Counted from the stretch's first letter, positions 24,549 through 36,773 are shown. The stretch is 64,000 nucleotides of DNA from Octopus sinensis (GCF_006345805.1 NC_042999.1:4092001-4156000); one strand, 5' to 3'. The notes: a model not told the origin generated them from the letters alone. Program-made: numbers and translations.

Positions 24549-26269
24549 TTAAAAGCATTGTATGTACTTTTTGCAATATTGTCTTATCCCTAAAAAGGAA
24601 AACTACAATATACATAGAAGCTTCCTCTAAACTAATAAAGTTAAGGTGATCAAATTTCAGTTCAATCCTTAACAGATCAGTGTATTAAGAGAAAATCTAA
24701 GTAGGTAGGAATTCGAAAGAGTTATGGTTTTGAAAAGAATCTAGGGAAGAGTAAGGGATCTTGTGGAGTGAATCATAAGTTTAATACAGATGAGGGGAAA
24801 TAAATACAGCTGTTGGTTCACAGTCTGCAAGGTCACAGAAGAAACCATTGTAGTACTTGCAGAAAAAATAGATTAGTAGTTTTCTGTGTTGGTGAGTGGA
24901 GGTTTGCTATTAGTCAGATGGCATTTTTTGTTTTTAAATGTATATGAAATATTTATGTGTGTAGCATCCGTACCATTCCAGATGCATGAGCATTATTTTA
25001 ACAGAGTCATAAATTGTTCATTGCTGAAATATTTTATTGTCTGGAAGAGGAATTAACTCAGTGGCTGGGTTGGAGTCACCACAATATTATAGATGTGTAA
25101 TCACCATGAAAATGAATTGTCATCAAATATAATCAACTATAATCTGTTGACATTTTGAATGTTTTAGATTTGTGAGGGATGAGAAATATTGTTTGTGTGC
25201 TTCATTGATATGTGTAGTGATTGAGTCTTATAACTGTGTCTTATAATACTGTAGGAAATAATAATGGCTGCATGTTTGAAAACGGCGGGTCACCAGTGTA
25301 GGAAATAATAATGGCTGCGTGTTTAAATCACGTCGGGGTCACTTGTGTTGAAAATACAACCGTATGTGGAGGTTGGTGACATAGGTAAGTCACACGGTCG
25401 CATCCCTAACGAATGCGTGGTCTCCGACTAAGACCTTAAAAGGTCTTAAGCCAAAAGACAGTGAATCGTGATATATCAGCCAATTTAAAGAGTTAAGATG
25501 GTTCAAATGAAAAGTCCCATCCGAAAGCCATGATTGGTCAGTTTACACACTGGCGCAAAGTAAGTAGAGAGACAGACTGCGCTTAGATGCTAACCAATCA
25601 AAATAGTGGACACAACAAGGTTAAACTAGCCAAAGATGTTTGTAATCTCAAACGAGATCATTCTTAATACTTTTCTCAAACAGTGAAGATAGCAATGAAG
25701 AAAACAATATTGCTACAATACTGTAATGACTTGGTTTTACAGAACTGTTGTGATGCAGTAACTAACTCTTATAATACTGTGGTGACTGTGTCTTAGTATT
25801 GTAGTATATTATAATACTGAGTCTTACAACCAAGTCTGTATTAAACTTATGATTCATTCCACAAGATCCCTTACTCTTCCCTAGATTCTTTTCAAAACCG
25901 TAACTCTTTGGAATTCCTACCTACTTAGATTTTCTCTTAATACATTGATCTGTTAAGGATTGAACTGAAATTTGATCACCTTAACTTTATTAGTTTAGAG
26001 GAAGCTTCTATGTATATTGTAGTTTTCCTTTTTAGGGATAAGACAATATTGCAAAAAGTACATACAATGCTTTTAACCCTTTACCTGTCCAAATCATTTT
26101 CACAAGTTTGTCCTAAATGTCCATGCATTTCCTTTTCACGCTTTTAGTTAGTCGTTGTTTCGTATATTCTGAGTGACATAAAATTCCTTTTACAAGTCCT
26201 AAGTTACTCTAGTGGTTGAAAAAAAAAACGGTAATGTGTATCATATATGCTGCATGGACACCAGAAATT
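24352..26269. repeat. Long inverted repeat: arms 24352-24790 and 25835-26269, spacer ~1045 bp
   Basis: Manual alignment gives about 10 substitutions and 2 small indels over ~440 bp, including a ~185-bp perfect block (24495-24679). Confidence 0.95.
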
Positions 26270-26308
26270 GTAGTAACTGAGTCTCATAACTTAGTCCTAT
26301 GATACTGT
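25212..26308 (+). repeat. Degenerate ~24-bp minisatellite (TGTAGTAACTGAGTCTTATAATAC-like) split into three pieces by insertions
   Basis: Units at 25212-25249, 25718-25830 and 26270-26308. Confidence 0.6.
25250..25717. mobile_element. Solo LTR (468 bp), 4-bp TSD ATAC
   Basis: ATAC|TGTAGGAAAT...ATTGCTACA|ATAC: TG..CA ends with a short imperfect inverted repeat. CpG-richer than the flanks, several CCAAT boxes, and a ~47-bp tandem duplication at the left end (25250 and 25297). Confidence 0.75.
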
Positions 26309-27674
26309 TGAATGAAACTAGGTTGCTTTGTCCTTGCTGCAGGCTATTTCTGTGTCTTTCTTCACAGAAATAATGCCTGTCTGATGGGAGGTTTACAGGT
26401 TGCATGTTGATGACGCCTGTGTGCAAAAGGTTAAGGAGGACTGAAAGGTGATAGCATCTGCATAAGAGGTGACTAATTACAATACATAAGAACTGAGAGA
26501 AAGAAAGAGGGTGAGGGAGAGAAGAAGGAAATAGAAGAAAGAAAGAAAGAGAGAGTGTGTGTTATATACACTTCACACAAATTACACACTCAAACACATT
26601 TATGTTCTCACTGTTTAATATACATGATATTTTTATCTCTGGTGTTTGTGTGCATGTGAAAGCTTAATCAGATTTATAACTCACCTTGACCTCTAGCAGA
26701 GTATTGCTTGCTATTATGTAAAGATGAATGAGCAGACCTTGGTCACAGAGAAACAATATTTGAAAATTATGAATAGAAATTAGATCTAAAATTTTAGTTC
26801 CATATGGCTTTGTTCACTACGATCATGACTTAAAGAGATTAGAATAATCTTAATGTAACAATGTAAATTTTGTACCAGCTTTTATCCTTTTTCACTTATC
26901 TTTAACCTCTTCCACTAAGCAGACTATTTATTCAATAGAATTCCTATAAAAGAGAGCACTTTTGACTTGCTTGTGTTCATACTGTTTATCACATTTTGTA
27001 AATTATCTTCATTGAAGCAATGGATTCTTTGCATTGAGCCTTTATTAATTTATTTAGCATTTCCCTGCCTGTGGTTAACATTTCATTCGGTTATCTTGGT
27101 TATTGATATATCTGCTCTCTTTATGAAGCAATTGTTGATTGATGCGATGCAAACGAGGAACAAATCAAATTGAAGCATCTACCTAACTTAATAACCTTCT
27201 GGATGAATAACTGATTGTAGGCAAAAGCAGGAAAGAGAGAAAGAAGGAGAGAGGGAGGGAGAAAGAGCAAGAAAGAGAGCAGTTGTAGTTATACAGATAG
27301 AAAGTAGAGAAATAAAGGAATATATCCTATTGTACTATTTCTCTTTTATACTCCAAAATCCATTTCAAGGGTCAGTTGCCAGAGCTGGCACCTAATTAAA
27401 ATGCACAATTGTGGTATGTTACATTTATCACAATAATACTTCAATAATATTGTAGAAAACAGAGAGGATCATTGTCATTGCTTATACAACAGGTGGTAAG
27501 TCAAATGGATGAGCAGATGTGGTAAATAGCTGCAAACTCATAGATTTTGTGTTCTAAATAACAAAAGCATTTAATTCTGATTTGAGTAGTGTACTTTATT
27601 TGATGTACCTCACTTCACAGAACTGTTTGAAAGAGGCACTATTTATAAATGATTATTGTCATATACTGGTATCT

Positions 27675-27850
27675 ACAGGCATAGTTGTGTGATAAGAAGC
27701 TTGCTTCTCAAACACATGGTTCCAGGTTCAATCCCACTGTAAGGCACCTTGAGCAAGTGTGTTCTACTATAGCTTCAGACTGACCAAAGCCTTATGAGTG
27801 GATTTGGTACACAGAAACTGAAAGAAGCCCTTTGTGTGTGTGTGGGTGTG
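27675..27850 (+). mobile_element. SINE family A 5' half
   Basis: A/B-box head and gaccaaagccttatgagtggatttgg..gaaactgaaagaagccc. Confidence 0.8.
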
Positions 27851-27953
27851 CTTGTACAACTCCTACACAAGTCACAAAAGAGGGAAACTCAGATGTAAAT
27901 GGGAAGCAAGGTGAGTGACCATTCCCACTTGTGAGATAAAAGTCGAATCTCTT

Positions 27954-27992
<39 letters not shown>

Positions 27993-28191
27993 TTTTTGTT
28001 AATCACATAGCTTTGTAAGAAATTTATAGAGTCATTACTTTATTTGACGAACCTCCCATGTTTTTGAACTGTCTGCTCAATCTCCTTTGATGGGTTGTGG
28101 CCATTGACATCTGAAGAACCCAAAACAAACCCTGACATCATAACCTCTTGACATGGGACAATCTTATGAAGCTTCATCTTTTTTAAATCAC

Positions 28192-28373
28192 ACGTAAAAA
28201 GCACCCACTACATTCACGGAGTGGTTGGCATTGGGAAGGGCATCCAGCTGTAGAAACATTGCCAGATAAGACTGGAGCCTGGTGCAGCCTTCTGGCTTCC
28301 CAGATCCCCGATCGAACCGTCCAACTCATGCTAGCATGGAGAACGGACGTTAAATGATGATGATGATGATGAT
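28192..28373 (+). mobile_element. RTE-type 3' tail with (GAT)n
   Basis: cacgtaaaaagcacccactacattcacggagtggttggc...catgctagcatggagaacggacgttaaat(gat)n. Confidence 0.85.
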
Positions 28374-30332
28374 CTATATCACTAAATCAGCAGTTGTAAA
28401 TTTCACACATAATGACATTGTTACTGAAACATGAAATTAATGAATGTAAATACAATTACGTATATTATAACTAATGAAATAACTTGCATAATCTAACAGA
28501 AATGAATTAAAAATTGTTTGGTATGTGTCACGGTGCTTTTTTTTTCTTATGTGCTCACTCCTCCTATCTTTAGAACCTGGCTACACTACCAGATGTAGAC
28601 TCAAACACACTTGATGCTTCAGTGCTGCTCCTCCAAGTTGTCTTGGATTTTAGATTGGCATATAAACCAAATGTGTTTTATTTTGGTGCTGTTGAACTGA
28701 ATATACTATGAAGAGGAATGTCTCAGAAACAATTAAAGGTGCAAGTAAAATTATAATTAGTAAAATTGTAATTATAATTAGCAAAATTATAAATGAATTG
28801 TAAAATTATCATTCAGTTGTATCACACAATTTGTCTAAGTCTCTCAGGTCACTGAAAAAAAACTCTGAGAAAAATGTAATTGCATTTGTTAAACACGCAT
28901 ACAACATATTTTCTTTGTTCCCATTCTCTGTTGTATTGCACATCAATCTGTTTTTGAATGGTTCCAGTAATATGCCAGCTGTTTTCTATGAGAAAAAAGC
29001 TACTAGTAGACGTCTTAGTCAACCATTCTCCATGTTTGGAGAAAGCTGCACTATGAATGGTTCTCCATAACTAGACAATGCAACAGAGGAATGATGAAAG
29101 AGAAAGAGAGAGAAGGAAGGAAAAGAGAGACAAATCATGTTTTGTACTTGCCTGATACTGTATTTATTGACTCTCAAAGGGTGAATAACGAAGTTGAATT
29201 TGAACCCAGAGTGCAGAGAGACAGAAAAAAATACTACAATATATTGTGATGCTTTAAGGACTCTACCAATACACTGTTCATGGTTTTTAAATAAAGCTAT
29301 GCTTCTCAGTGGATATCTCATTTACTTTGCAAGATGAAAAGTGGTCTCAACAGTGCTGGTACCACAAAGAGCATCCAGTATATTCTAGGTGATTGGTAAT
29401 TGGCTTGAGTAACAACAGCACCAGGCTTCAGAGGGGTCTTTAGTATTGCTGGTGATAAGGCAATCTCTATAAAACAGGTGCTACAAAACAATATTTTGTG
29501 CACCCAGTACACTCTCTACAGTGGTTGATGTTTGCAAAGGCATTGAGCCATAGAAACTGTGCCAAAACTGAAGCATTCAAACAAGACATTATTTTCCAAC
29601 TCACAGAATCCTTTCAAACAATCCTACCCATGTCAGCATGAAAAATAGACATAAAATGATGGTGATAAACCACCAAATGGCTCTGAATCATTACATTTAA
29701 TTCACTCTACTCAAATCATTCTTAAGTCAACCTAACACTGAACCTATCTGTTCCTTATTTTCATCTCTCTTTTCCCCTCTAATCCTCACATTCTCCTCAT
29801 TTCTTCATCTTTACAAACAAATTCAATCTTTAATTTTATCTGTCTTATACCTGGTTTTCCTTTCTTCTTTTAGTTTTATTTACTTCTCTACACTTACCCC
29901 CCCTCTCTCTTTTGCTAGATATGTCTATATTTTCTTATGGGTTTTAATGATCTATTGAAATTGTTGAATACTTATCCTCTGTTCCTTGTAAGCTTTCACA
30001 GACCATGCAGCTTTAAGCTGCAAATCACAAGAAAAAGAAAACAGTTCAATTAAAGATTTGTCTGCAGAGATGTAACTAATAAAACCATACCTAGTGAAAC
30101 TCCTCCAACAAAACTTTGAACATTGCTCACTCCACAGACTTCACAATGGCCCACTGAAAGAACACTAATTTTCTATACCTTTTCTTCTGTGAACAAAATG
30201 TTGTTCTTTTAATACTACTAAGAAGGAGTTAACCTTTAAGTGAATGTATGTCTTTAGTGTAATTTTGACAAACACACAACTATACAACAAACTGCTGCCA
30301 AGCTTTTTCTTTACAATTTGTTTGCTCGTTTA

Positions 30333-30360
<28 letters not shown>

Positions 30361-30371
<11 letters not shown>

Positions 30372-30528
30372 TTGTTTGATTGTATGTGCACACTCACATC
30401 TTACCCCCACCTATACACATGTGAGTTTGTTTGTGTGTTTGCATGAGTGTATCTATTTATCTATCTATATCTGTCTGCCTGTTTGTCTGTCTATCATCTC
30501 TCTGTCTCTATCTCCCCCTCTCTCTTTC

Positions 30529-30563
<35 letters not shown>

Positions 30564-30744
30564 TTGTTTGATTGTATGTGCACACTCACATCTTACCCCC
30601 ACCTATACACATGTGAGTTTGTTTGTGTGTTTGCATGAGTGTATCTATTTATCTATCTATATCTGTCTGCCTGTTTGTCTGTCTATCATCTCTCTGTCTC
30701 TATCTCCCTCTCTCTCTTTCTATATGTGTGTGTGTGTGTGTGTG
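30361..30744 (+). repeat. Near-perfect tandem duplication, 192-bp unit x2, bounded by (TG)n
   Basis: Units differ at about one position outside the TG runs. This explains the repeated peptide in ORF 30244-30771. Confidence 0.9.
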
Positions 30745-30811
30745 TGTGTCTGTGTGTATACAGATATATAAAAAGAGAGAGAGAGAAAGAGAGAGAAAAC
30801 ATTGATTGAGT

Positions 30812-30845
<34 letters not shown>

Positions 30846-31954
30846 AACATACATATTAAGAATGGATGCTGTTATTGTTGTTAGTGGTAGTGTGGTTGTT
30901 TCCCTGAGATGATGATGATGATGATTGTGGTGATGGTGATGGTGGTGGTGGTGGTGATGATGATGATGATGATGATGCTGTATCCGATGGTAATGATGAT
31001 GACGATGATGATGATGACGACGATGATGGTCATGCTGTATCCGATGGTGATGACTGCTGACAAATTAGCATAGCAAATGACTTCAACAATCAGACATAAG
31101 GTTGTCCTGTGGTGAATCATTGTCTCGCCACCTCCGCTTATTTTGGGATGGAAACTAGTTGGCACTACAAAGTCTGAATGATTAAGCTTTCATTAGACTT
31201 AATGTCTACACTAATTTCTCTCTGGCTAAAACTCCATCCCCGCCCCCCTCTGACACATTATGGAGCATGTTGTCTCCATAATTACACCAACATGTATATT
31301 TTCATATTTTCATTTCTCTTTTATTATCATTAGCAGGAATTGTCTTTGAGTTTTGGTATTTTGCATGTATTTGCAGTTGTTATTGTTGGTTAGTCACAGG
31401 TCAATCATTTATTGATTTGAATATATCAAAACACATTTCAGCTATGACCGTCCTCCACTTATTTATGTAAATGTTTGATGTACGCAATGCATCGAAGACT
31501 AATCATCCCATGTATCTTACCATTTTTATACAGTACAATGTGTAATTTGAGGAACACTTAGCTGTTATTTTTAGTTGGTCATTCAACCAATTAGAGTTTC
31601 CCTCAAATTGCTGTTGTTTTCGCAACCAGCATACTAAAAATTCTGTGATAGAATTAAAGTACTACATGTCTTTTGATTGGGTAGACTTAGATATTCTTTA
31701 TATTTCTTAATTTATTTTTTGACTGGTTTCAGTCAATGGACTGTGGCCATGCTGATGCATTGCCTTTCAATGGATATTTTCTTTTTAATCATATCAACCA
31801 AAGAACTTATTTTCTCAATCTTGTAAGAGAGGAAAAAAAAAGTCAAGTTGACATTGGCACAAAGGGACATATCTCAGATCAAGCAAAATATTATATGCAC
31901 TGATTTTGTGTTCCATACACCGATTTTGTTCATCTAATGTTAATATATACACAG

Positions 31955-32240
31955 TGAAGACTTAGTGGCTATGGTATTCAGCTCATGATTGTAAGTTTAT
32001 GAGTTTAATTCCTCCAGCCAGCCACTTCATTTCACATTGCTCCAGTCCACTAGCAAAAATGAGTAGTACCTGTATATCAAAAGGCTGGCCTTGTCACATT
32101 ATGTGACATGCTAAATCTACCTAAGAACTATGTTAATATTATGTGTGTGTTGTGGAGTGTTCATCCACTTGCACATTAGCTATATGTTGTTCCCTTTGTT
32201 GGATCAGTTGGAACCCTCATCACTGTAATCAGTGGAGTGC
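31955..32240 (+). mobile_element. SINE family C-related copy (Deu/Nin-like core), old
   Basis: ttcacattgctccagtccact core, then aagg.tggccttgtcac...tgtggagtg.tca.ccactt.cac, colinear with 17200-17380. Confidence 0.7.
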
Positions 32241-32289
32241 CAGTTGATATATAACATATACCATGCATTTGATACATGGTAAACTATAA

Positions 32290-32640
32290 GTGCAGGTATT
32301 GCTGTGTGGTTAAGAAGCTTGTGTCCCAACTTTGTTGGTTTCAGTTTTGGTTTCAATTCTACAATTTGGCAACTGTCTTCTACCTCAGGCCTGCACTGAC
32401 CAAAACCTTGTAAGTGGATTTGATGAAAAACTGTAAGAAGCCCATCGTATGTGTGCATGTGTGTCTTTGTTTTAACATCACCTGATAACTGTAAATGAGT
32501 GTCAGCATCATAAAAGCAATGCTATTCATTTTCATTCTTCTATAAAAAACATAACTAGCCTCGGGAAATATTACTAATTCATCAAGTGCTAAAAAGTGAA
32601 CATTAAAACAATGAGGATGATGGTGGTGATGAAGATGACG
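32290..32640 (+). mobile_element. SINE family A variant
   Basis: gcaggtattgctgtgtggttaagaagcttg head; gaccaaaaccttgtaagtggatttg body. Confidence 0.65.
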
Positions 32641-32827
32641 ACAATGACATACATACACATCATGTGTACTTAATAACTGTATTTCATCTGTGTACCAACA
32701 GGAATGTGTGTAAGTACCAGATACATGCTTTTGAATCATATCTGTATTCTCTGATTTCTAGAACTTTCAAGTTGTGTGTTTAGAAATCTTATCTATTGAA
32801 TGACAACCTAACATGAATATATTATGA

Positions 32828-32875
<48 letters not shown>

Positions 32876-32984
32876 TGTGAGAGAGAGAGAGAGTGTGTGT
32901 GTGAGAGAGAGAGTGTGTGTGTGAGAGAGAGAGTGTGTGTGTGAGAGAGAGAGTGTGTGTGTGAGAGAGAGTGTGTGTGTGTGT
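32828..32984. repeat. Compound (GT)n(GA)n array with ~20-bp higher-order period
   Basis: gtgagagagagagtgtgtgt repeated about 5 times. Confidence 0.9.
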
Positions 32985-33834
32985 TGATTAAAGTATTTAA
33001 ATCTTCTGCTCAATTGAGATCTTTATTTACTTGTGCATAGAGAAACATTATTTAAAACCATATAATATGCTGTCATTAAAGCATCAAGAAAATATTTGAG
33101 AATGTAGAATATATTACATTTTTTTCCAACCTAGAATCTTCAAGTTTATTTATAAATGATTTATGTGTTCCACTCAACTTAGCGTATGAATAATATTTCA
33201 AGCACTATTATCAAATACTACTTGCAAGATTCTATTTAGATATTTTCTGTGACTGAAATAAAATTTAATTTCTAAAGATATTTATTTATTTATCTGCTTG
33301 CATTAGGTTAAAGAAAAAACAGGAAAAATACCATTTAAGATTGGCAGTCATTCAACCATATTGATAGTCCTTCATACACATGTTATTTTGTATTGCATAG
33401 GAAAAGTTAAAAATCTAAAGATTATGCTTCATATGATTTAGTGGATATTTAATGTGTGTTTGAGGATTCTAATGATATTAAGTAAAGTAAGCTAAAGAGA
33501 TGGTTTAGGATCAGTGGCCTGAAATTTATTTTGGAGAGATAAACTTTAAATATTATTTTCAAGTAAGATAAATAATCACAAGGTACACAGCAAATAGGAC
33601 AAGGTGAAATTAGATAGCGATCTACTGGGTTCTCTGTTGATAATAAATTAAATAATATTAATAGAGCTAATGTATAAAAATAGGTTAAGAAGAAATACAA
33701 TAAATGATAGTTAGGGTTGAATGTTTCAGGCTTATCCACTTATCCAATGAAACTAAAAATATAGAACTCTACAATAATTTTTTTTTGCCAATGATACAAT
33801 ACACTGTTCTATGTTTTAGAGATGAGGAATTCTG

Positions 33835-34302
33835 TACATTATTTACATTATTTACATTGGACAGATATGCGTCCTCATCTTATTTGTTGTTACCACAGTG
33901 TTTCGGCTGATTTACTCTCCAGCCTTCATCAGGTATCCTTGGTGGAATTTAGGTGGATTTATTCTCCAGCCTTCATCAGGTATCCTGAGGGAATTATGCT
34001 ATATGCCTATAGGCATATAGTGTAATGGATAAGAGCGCGGGCTATTAACCCTAAGATTCCAAGTTCATTTCCCGGCAGTGCCTTGAATAAATAATAATAA
34101 TAATATAATAATAATAATATAATAATAATAATAATAATAATAATAGTAACATCAGTAAAAAATATCTTAGGAATGAGAACCCAGGGTTGGGTTCAAATTT
34201 CTACCAGGACACCTGATGGAGAGTAAATTAGTCAAAACGTTGTGGTAACAACAAACAAGACGAGGACACATATCCGTCCAATGTAAATAATATAAATAAT
34301 GA
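33835..34302. mobile_element. Head-to-head tRNA-head SINE (family D) with hammerhead-ribozyme tail
   Basis: Plus copy 34012-34302: tRNA-like head, (AAT)n, then a tail with ACAC-CTGATG..AAACGTT-GTG. Inverted tail copy at 33835-33950 and a partial one at 33957-33990. Perfect 22-bp palindrome CTATATGCCTATAGGCATATAG at the junction (33999-34020). Confidence 0.75.
33893..33937 (-). ncRNA. Minimal type I hammerhead ribozyme motif (cleavage triplet mutated)
   Basis: Minus strand GATAC-CTGATGA-A-GGCTG-GAGAGTAAAT-CAGCC-GAAA-C-ACT-GTG: intact core and a 5-bp stem II. The sister copy at 34208-34244 has GTT at the triplet. Confidence 0.65.
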
Positions 34303-34370
34303 TACACTATAATCCTATTCTTTTTATCTGATAGCAACCTATTTCTTCATGCATTTTATCACAACTGTAA

Positions 34371-34800
34371 ATGCAGGCATGACTGTGTGGTTCAGAAGTT
34401 CACTTCTCAAACATGTGTACTGAGCAAATGTTTTCTACCAAAGCCTTTTAAGTAGATTTGAAAGAAGCCATAATGTGTGTGTGTGTGTGTGCATGTGTGT
34501 GTGCATGTGTGTGTGTGTGTGTGTGTGTATGCATGCATGTGTATGTGCGTGTGTGTGTGCACTTGTGTGTTTGAGTCTCTCTGTTTTGACACCATGTGCC
34601 AGTTGTAAACCAGCCTTACCATCATACAAGCAGTGTTGTTTGATTCCAGTCCACCATGAAAACATATCTTGTCATTGGGAAACTTATCTTACTTGATATA
34701 GGTGACGCAAAGGGCATGCAGCTGTAGCACTTTACTTCAGTGAATTCCATCTGCCCTGTGCAATCATGGAAAAGAGAATGTTAAATAATCACTGATGATG
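34371..34800 (+). mobile_element. SINE family A variant, diverged
   Basis: gcaggcatgactgtgtggtt head, TG-rich middle, variant tail catggaaaagagaatgttaaa. Confidence 0.6.
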
Positions 34801-36097
34801 AAATTTCTTACACTTAGTAGTACCTTTACCGTAATGCTAATATTCTATAATATCATAATCATCACACAGTATCCTCTAATATGTTGCTGGTTTGAAATGA
34901 AAATAGCAACCACACTAAGGCATACAGAGTATAATTATCAAAGGACATCATAAGTTTAATCCTTCAATGGTATAGCATATCTCATATTACAGGCACACTT
35001 CAGTGATGCTGTTCACTGGAGTCTAGTTTACATTTCTTCTGCAGTATCTCAGTTTAGCAATCAAGATATTTCTACAATATGATTTTAATTTTATTAATTC
35101 TCCCATGCTTTCATAACATATAGAGAAAAATATTCCACAAAAATTATTTCAGTCAATTAACTTTCATTCTTTCTAATTTGTTTAATATAATTATTTTTTT
35201 GTACCATATCAATGTGTGTGTATGTGTGTGTGCGAATGCGCATGTGCACTTGCACTTTACTTTTTTTTTTTAATGGTTTCTAAATAAAAGAAAATTGTTA
35301 TTAACACTTTTAATGACTTCATTGAAATTGGGTGGCAAATTTCAGCAGACTATAGATTTCTAAATAACTTGTAAATGGGAGCACAAGAATATTAGCTAAT
35401 CATTTATAGGCTGAATTTATAGACATTCTGATTGTTTACAAGGACTATTCAAATCTTCATCTAAAAATATCTTCCTCTTTTACATTCTTCATTGAAGTTT
35501 GCAACTTGTATTTTTTTCTTTTGTCGATTATCTTTTTAACCATTTAAACTACAGTTTGTAAACTGTAAAACATTCTTGCCCAAAGCCAATATTTTGATCT
35601 GTAAAAGTGGAGACACCTCTAATTAATCTCTATTGATTTTCCACTATTTACAGACATCACTCAAATCAGAAACAACCCTTATAGTCAGTCTCATTTTCAA
35701 CTTTATTGTGTTCAACCAAAACATATAACATTTGCCATCCAATCTATGAAAATCTCGACTATGTTTATAATTATTAATTATAGACATTATCACAAAATGA
35801 AAACTATTTTAATTGAATTTCAATTTCGTTTTGGTTTTTTTCACTCTTGCACTCATATAAAAAAAATGTTTGGAATTGAGCCAGTGAGAGAGAGCCTCTA
35901 CATGATCACTTGACCAGTAAAAAATAACAGCCATATATCAATCAAATACTACTGGCTGAAAAGAATAACTCTGGATAAAAAAAAAAACTAAAAGCAACAG
36001 ACAGGATGGTCACCAGAGCTGGAATACCTTTGATCATAAGTCTATGTAAATAGAGCTGACGTGGAGCAAAACAACAACATTGGAATTAATATCAGTA

Positions 36098-36312
36098 AGG
36101 TGGCAAGCTGGAAAATTGTTAGCCCACCAGGCAAAATGCTCAACATTATTTTGCCCTTCTATACATTTAGAGTTCAAATTCTTCTAAGGCTGATGATGAC
36201 TTTCATCCTTTCAGGGTCGATAAAATAAGTACCACTTGAGCACTTGGACTGAGGTAGTCAATATATCCTCTCCCCCAAAATTGTTGGCCTTGTGCTAAAA
36301 TTAGAAACCAGT
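36098..36312 (+). mobile_element. SINE family B
   Basis: Core ctttcatcctttcagggtcgataaaataagtacc. Confidence 0.75.
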
Positions 36313-36552
36313 ATAATTTATCCGTACATTATTAAATGATATTTATATGATGTTTCTGAAATATCCATTGTTTTTCTTTTTCTTGAAGAGAAAAGGAATA
36401 ATCGAAGTTTGACCGAGACCACAACTCTGTCACAGACACTATTTTTGGGAAAGCATCTTAGCTGAATGCTAAGTAATTCTAAACAAGGTCAAGTGTGTGC
36501 AACTGCATTTTGCTCTGACACTGTCTCTATTCCACAATATTTACATTGGTAA

Positions 36553-36773
36553 TCCTTTGAGAATGGTAAGAATATCAAAGCATTTAAAATTTCTGCTTCC
36601 CTTAAAAGTGTTAGCTCTGTTGGTCTACAGCTGCAAAGCCAAGGCTGTAACTGGATTTTGCTTCAGAGTTTTGACTGTTTCAGGACACTTTCATTGCTAA
36701 TTCCTGTGAGAGAATGGTTAGAATAGCAGAGCATGAATTATTTCTACTTCCTTCAAAGTGTTAGTCTTGTTGC
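36553..36773 (+). repeat. Diverged ~70-bp direct repeat, period ~150 bp
   Basis: gagaatggtaagaatatcaaagcat..tttctgcttcccttaaaagtgttag versus gagaatggttagaatagcagagcat..tttctacttccttcaaagtgttag. Confidence 0.65.

Noticed and set aside
24352-26269. DNA transposon with 440-bp TIRs
   Set aside because: No TSD. The left arm starts inside another element and the right arm interrupts a minisatellite, so local inverted duplication explains it better.
28574-28712. Possible exon after a tttag acceptor (NLATLPDVDSNT...)
   Set aside because: Short, no recognisable homology, and no linked upstream exon or convincing donor.
30244-30771. Longest ORF (175 aa) with an internal repeat
   Set aside because: Translation of (TG)n and a 192-bp tandem duplication; low complexity.
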